Positions 60,505 through 64,000 of a stretch of DNA of 64,000 nt are shown piece by piece. Origin of the DNA: an uncultured Gemmatimonadales bacterium (lineage in GTDB: Bacteria; Gemmatimonadota; Gemmatimonadetes; Longimicrobiales; Longimicrobiaceae). The position numbers and the translations under genes were made by a program. Every line of letters begins with the position of its first letter. Positions within the stretch are counted from its first letter, which is position 1. The stretch spans positions 5,984,001 to 6,048,000 of the forward strand of contig OY970303.1 of NCBI GenBank assembly GCA_963716255.1, given 5' to 3'. Below the pieces are notes generated by a model. That model searched no databases. It had not been told where the DNA came from and saw only the letters and a program-made list of their open reading frames with translations.

Positions 60505-62028
60505 ATGACACCCCCCGTGATCAGCGTTCCAACGACGGCTCTCGCGAAATTCGACGAGCTGTACGTGATCTCGGACCTGCACCTAGGCGGCATGCCCGGA
60601 TCTCAGATCTTCGATTCCGGGGCCGCGCTGGTGCGTCTGGTCGAGCACCTGCGCACGGGACGGCCGGCGGATCGGGAGGTGGCGCTGGTGATCAACGGGG
60701 ACTTCGTCGATTTTCTCGCCGAGCGCCCGGCCGCCTATTTCGATCCCGGGGGCGCCGTGCAGAAGCTGAACCGGATCGCCGACGACAAACCCGCCTTCGC
60801 CCCGGTGTTCGTGGCCCTCAAGAAGTTCGTGGGCACGAAGTGCCGGTCGCTGGTCGTCACCCTGGGAAACCATGACTTGGAGCTGGCGCTTCCATGGGTG
60901 CGCAACCACCTTCTCGGGCTGCTTTCCGGGAACAACGAGGCTGCGCGCGGCCGCATCACCCTCGCGCTCGACGGATCCGGGTTCCTGTGCCGCGTCGGCG
61001 GAGCCACCGTGCTCTGTCTGCACGGCAACGAGGTGGACGCCTGGAACCATGCGGACCACGAGACGATTCGCCGCATCGGCCGCGACGTGCAGCAGGGGCA
61101 CCCGGTGGGTCCATGGATCCCCAACGCGGGTACACAGCTCGTCGTGGACGTCATCAACGGCATCAAGGACCGCTACCCGTTCGTGGATCTCCTCAAACCC
61201 GAGGCGCGCGCGGTTGTGCCCACCCTCCTGGCCCTCGCCCCGGACCAGCGGGACAGAGTCGCCGGCATCACCGCCTCTGTCCGCCGACTGGCCTGGGACG
61301 CGGCCCGGCGCGCCACCGGATTCCTGGCGGAGCAGGAGAACGGAACGGCGGGTACCCCGTCCGCCTCCTCCTCCGGCGAGCAATGGGTGGAGCCCGGGGG
61401 CGACCTCGTGACCCACCTGTCCCGAAGCGGCAGGGAAGCCTACGCGGATGCGCTGCTCATGGGGACCGAGGAGCGGCTCTCCGCGAACGTTCAGCCCCTG
61501 GCGCTGGTCGCCCGCGATTCGCACGCGGAGTATCTGGGCGTGGTTTCCTCGTTCCGCTCGGCGGTGCGGGGCAGGGGCCGCGTCGAGGTGCTGCGCGAAG
61601 CGCTGCAGGACCTGGGCGGGGACACCAGCTTCGAGCCGGACGTCGAGGACGAGACGTACCGCAGGCTCGACGCACAGGTCGGCGGCGGCATCGACTTCCT
61701 GCTCAGCGGGCACACGCACCTGGAACGAGCGCTGCCGAGGAAGCGCGCGAGGGGCTACTACTTCAACAGCGGCACCTGGGTACGGCGGATCCGGCTGACC
61801 AGGAACATGCTGGAAGATCGGGCCCGTTTCGCCAGGATCTACGAGGCCTTCGGCGCCGGCACCATGGAGGCTCTGGATGCCGAGCCGGAGCTGGTCGTGC
61901 GGCGCCTGTGCGTGGCCGCAATCTGGTCCGACGGGGCGGGCACGCACGGCGAGCTGCGGTACGCGAGCAGGACCGTGGGGGGAGAGACCCTCCCGGAAAA
62001 TCCCGAAGGCCGTTTCACCGTACGCTGA
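60505..62028 (+). CDS. Calcineurin-like metallophosphoesterase with large insertion
   Basis: SDLH, NGDFVD, GNHD, LHGN, GHTH, YFNSGTW motifs. Confidence 0.88.
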   Translation: MTPPVISVPTTALAKFDELYVISDLHLGGMPGSQIFDSGAALVRLVEHLRTGRPADREVALVINGDFVDFLAERPAAYFDPGGAVQKLNRIADDKPAFAPVFVALKKFVGTKCRSLVVTLGNHDLELALPWVRNHLLGLLSGNNEAARGRITLALDGSGFLCRVGGATVLCLHGNEVDAWNHADHETIRRIGRDVQQGHPVGPWIPNAGTQLVVDVINGIKDRYPFVDLLKPEARAVVPTLLALAPDQRDRVAGITASVRRLAWDAARRATGFLAEQENGTAGTPSASSSGEQWVEPGGDLVTHLSRSGREAYADALLMGTEERLSANVQPLALVARDSHAEYLGVVSSFRSAVRGRGRVEVLREALQDLGGDTSFEPDVEDETYRRLDAQVGGGIDFLLSGHTHLERALPRKRARGYYFNSGTWVRRIRLTRNMLEDRARFARIYEAFGAGTMEALDAEPELVVRRLCVAAIWSDGAGTHGELRYASRTVGGETLPENPEGRFTVR

Positions 62029-62043
62029 AGGCCAGGCCGCACG

Positions 62044-64000
62044 ATGCGCACGATCACTCTCGAGCTGCTGCGCCACGGTCCGGCGCACAACCAGCTGCTC
62101 TCGCCGCTGACGCCCTATCTCGCGCTCTGCGAGAACCACGCGGCCGTGACGCTGCACATGCCCTTCGAGCACGGCCAGCTCCTCCATCGCCTGAGCGCGC
62201 TCGACTACCAGCACGGCGCGGATGCCCGTGCCTTTCAGCTCGCCGACACGGCCCGAGTGGTGGGTGAGATCCTGGGTATGATCCCGGGGCTCACGGCGGA
62301 GTCGAACAAGAACGATGGAGAAGCCGCCGGGCTCACTCACCTCCGGCTCATCATCTCCGCGTCCGAGCTGGCGCTGCTCCCGTGGGAGCTGGCCCTGGCT
62401 CCCAGCGGCGTCCCCGGCGCGGGTCAGCACCTGGTCCTGCAGCCCCAGGTGCCGCTTTGCCTGACACGTGAGGTTCGCCGCGTCCCCGGAGAGCAGCTGC
62501 AGTGGCCAAAGAAGCCGCGGATCCTCTTCGCGGCGGCGGCTCCGCCCGGAGTCGGCCCGATCCCGCTGGAGTCGCACCTGCTGGCCCTGCGGCGCGCGGT
62601 CGACCCATGGGTCAAGTACTACCGTGACGGCGACGAGGTGATGCGGCGGAAGCGCATCGACGAGCACCTGGTCTTCCTGCCCGATGCCTCCATTGAGGCG
62701 ATCGAGGAGAAGTGCGCCACCGAGACCTTTACACACGTCCACATACTGGCGCACGGGGTGGAGACGCGGGACAACTACGACACCCGCTTCTTCCTCGCGC
62801 TGCATGATGCGCTCGACCCGCAGCGGGCCGACAAGATCAGCGGCGCCCGCCTCGCCACCGCGCTACGCGCTTCCCAGCGACCCGACGCCCGCGGCCTCTC
62901 GTGCCCGGCGGTGGTCACCCTGGCGAGCTGCAATAGCGGCAACGTGGGATCGGTCGCGGGTGCGGGTGCCAGCATTGCGCATGCGCTGCACGAAGCCGGA
63001 ATCCCCATGGTCGTCGCCGGGCAGTTCCCGCTTTCCTTCGCGGGATCGGTGCGCCTGGTCGAGTGCCTGTACGAGGGAATGCTGTGGGGGACCGACCCTC
63101 GTCCACTCCTGTACGACCTGCGCCGCCGCCTTTATACGCAGTTCCCCGACACGCACGACTGGGCCAGTCTTTCAGCCTACGTTTCCTTCCCCGCCGACTT
63201 CGACCAGCAGCTCTCCGAGCTCAAGATCAACCAGGCGATGCGCAGCATCGACGCGGCGATGAACCACGCAGACGAAGCGACGCGGAGGGTCTACGACAAG
63301 ATCCGAACCCGGCGCATGGAGGATGCTTCCCAGCAGATGAGCGATCAGGACCAGAAAGAGCTGCTGGACACCGCGTGGTCGAAGATGAAGGACGCGAAGC
63401 AGCGGCTGCAGAAGCTGCTGGAATATCTTCCAGCCGAGCGCTCACTCATTCACGGTCTTCTGGCCAGCACGGAAAAGAGACAGGCGGAAATCCTGCATTC
63501 GGCGAGCCGGAGCACGCTGATCGACCCGGCGACGCGGGAACGCGACTCGCTCGAGTCCCTCGAATTGCTGAGAAGGGCACGCGACCACTACTGGAACTCC
63601 TTCCTGCTGAACAGGACAAACAGCTGGGCCGTGGTCCAGTACCTGTCCCTGGCATGTGTGTTTGAGCAGCTTCGCGCGGGAATGGGAGCAGTGCCGAAGC
63701 TCGCCCAGGCGGGACAGATCCGCCCGGAGCGAAAGCCGGATGCCCTCTGGTCTCTTGCCCACAACCTTTCTCTTTACGATCTGCACAACGAGAAGCGCAA
63801 GAGCACGGTGTGGGCGCATGGCAACCTGATGGAGCTTTACCTGCTCATGCTGCTCATTCCCGAGCGCCATCCGGACTGGCCGGACGTCCAGGAGGCGAGT
63901 CGCCGCGCGCTGGAGCACACCGACACGCTGGTCGAGATCGCCGGCCGTGATTCGTTCGATGTGTATTCGACGCGCCGGCAGACCTTCCGGTATGTGCAGT
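62044..64000 (+). CDS. CHAT (caspase-like) protease with C-terminal helical/TPR-like region, 3'-truncated; absent from the ORF track
   Basis: Manual translation from ATG 62044 stays open to the window end; ELALLPWE, HVHILAHG (His 62752-62754), VTLASC (Cys 62929-62931), GIPMVVAGQ, DWAS. Confidence 0.88.
   Translation, partial: MRTITLELLRHGPAHNQLLSPLTPYLALCENHAAVTLHMPFEHGQLLHRLSALDYQHGADARAFQLADTARVVGEILGMIPGLTAESNKNDGEAAGLTHLRLIISASELALLPWELALAPSGVPGAGQHLVLQPQVPLCLTREVRRVPGEQLQWPKKPRILFAAAAPPGVGPIPLESHLLALRRAVDPWVKYYRDGDEVMRRKRIDEHLVFLPDASIEAIEEKCATETFTHVHILAHGVETRDNYDTRFFLALHDALDPQRADKISGARLATALRASQRPDARGLSCPAVVTLASCNSGNVGSVAGAGASIAHALHEAGIPMVVAGQFPLSFAGSVRLVECLYEGMLWGTDPRPLLYDLRRRLYTQFPDTHDWASLSAYVSFPADFDQQLSELKINQAMRSIDAAMNHADEATRRVYDKIRTRRMEDASQQMSDQDQKELLDTAWSKMKDAKQRLQKLLEYLPAERSLIHGLLASTEKRQAEILHSASRSTLIDPATRERDSLESLELLRRARDHYWNSFLLNRTNSWAVVQYLSLACVFEQLRAGMGAVPKLAQAGQIRPERKPDALWSLAHNLSLYDLHNEKRKSTVWAHGNLMELYLLMLLIPERHPDWPDVQEASRRALEHTDTLVEIAGRDSFDVYSTRRQTFRYVQ

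Overview
Very GC-rich bacterial chromosome segment. Gene content and style suggest Gemmatimonadota (Longimicrobium-like); this is an inference. Most of it is housekeeping on the + strand: rarA, ABC-F, hflX, pdxJ, ispE-tRNA-Gln, glgC/glgA, ilvE, an M16 peptidase pair, prs-rplY-pth, hppA, ychF, rplM-rpsI-rpsB-tsf-pyrH-frr-uppS-cdsA-dxr-rseP, serS, pcrA and gatCAB. A short minus-strand block lies at 45.0-49.3 kb. The strongest unexplained signal is non-coding. Intergenic spaces carry three families of structured repeats: A (8 copies, a multibranch fold with many compensatory changes), B (4 copies, three tandem hairpins) and C (REP-like CCCTC...GAGGG hairpins). A and B show the same GYWGTWY loop on 28 hairpins and keep GNA triloops, tandem G.A pairs and (GNA)2 internal loops. 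That pattern points to a strand-specific single-stranded-DNA fold recognised by an unknown factor. Other notable items: a gatCAB whose GatA lacks the catalytic Lys; an orphan Cys-rich PD-(D/E)xK-like gene between ychF and rplM; a metallophosphoesterase + CHAT protease module at the right edge that the ORF track missed; a probable ATT start for hflX; a His-less triple Hpt-like protein; a hicB-hicB-hicB-hicA islet; and an intact IS5 sitting inside a family C repeat.
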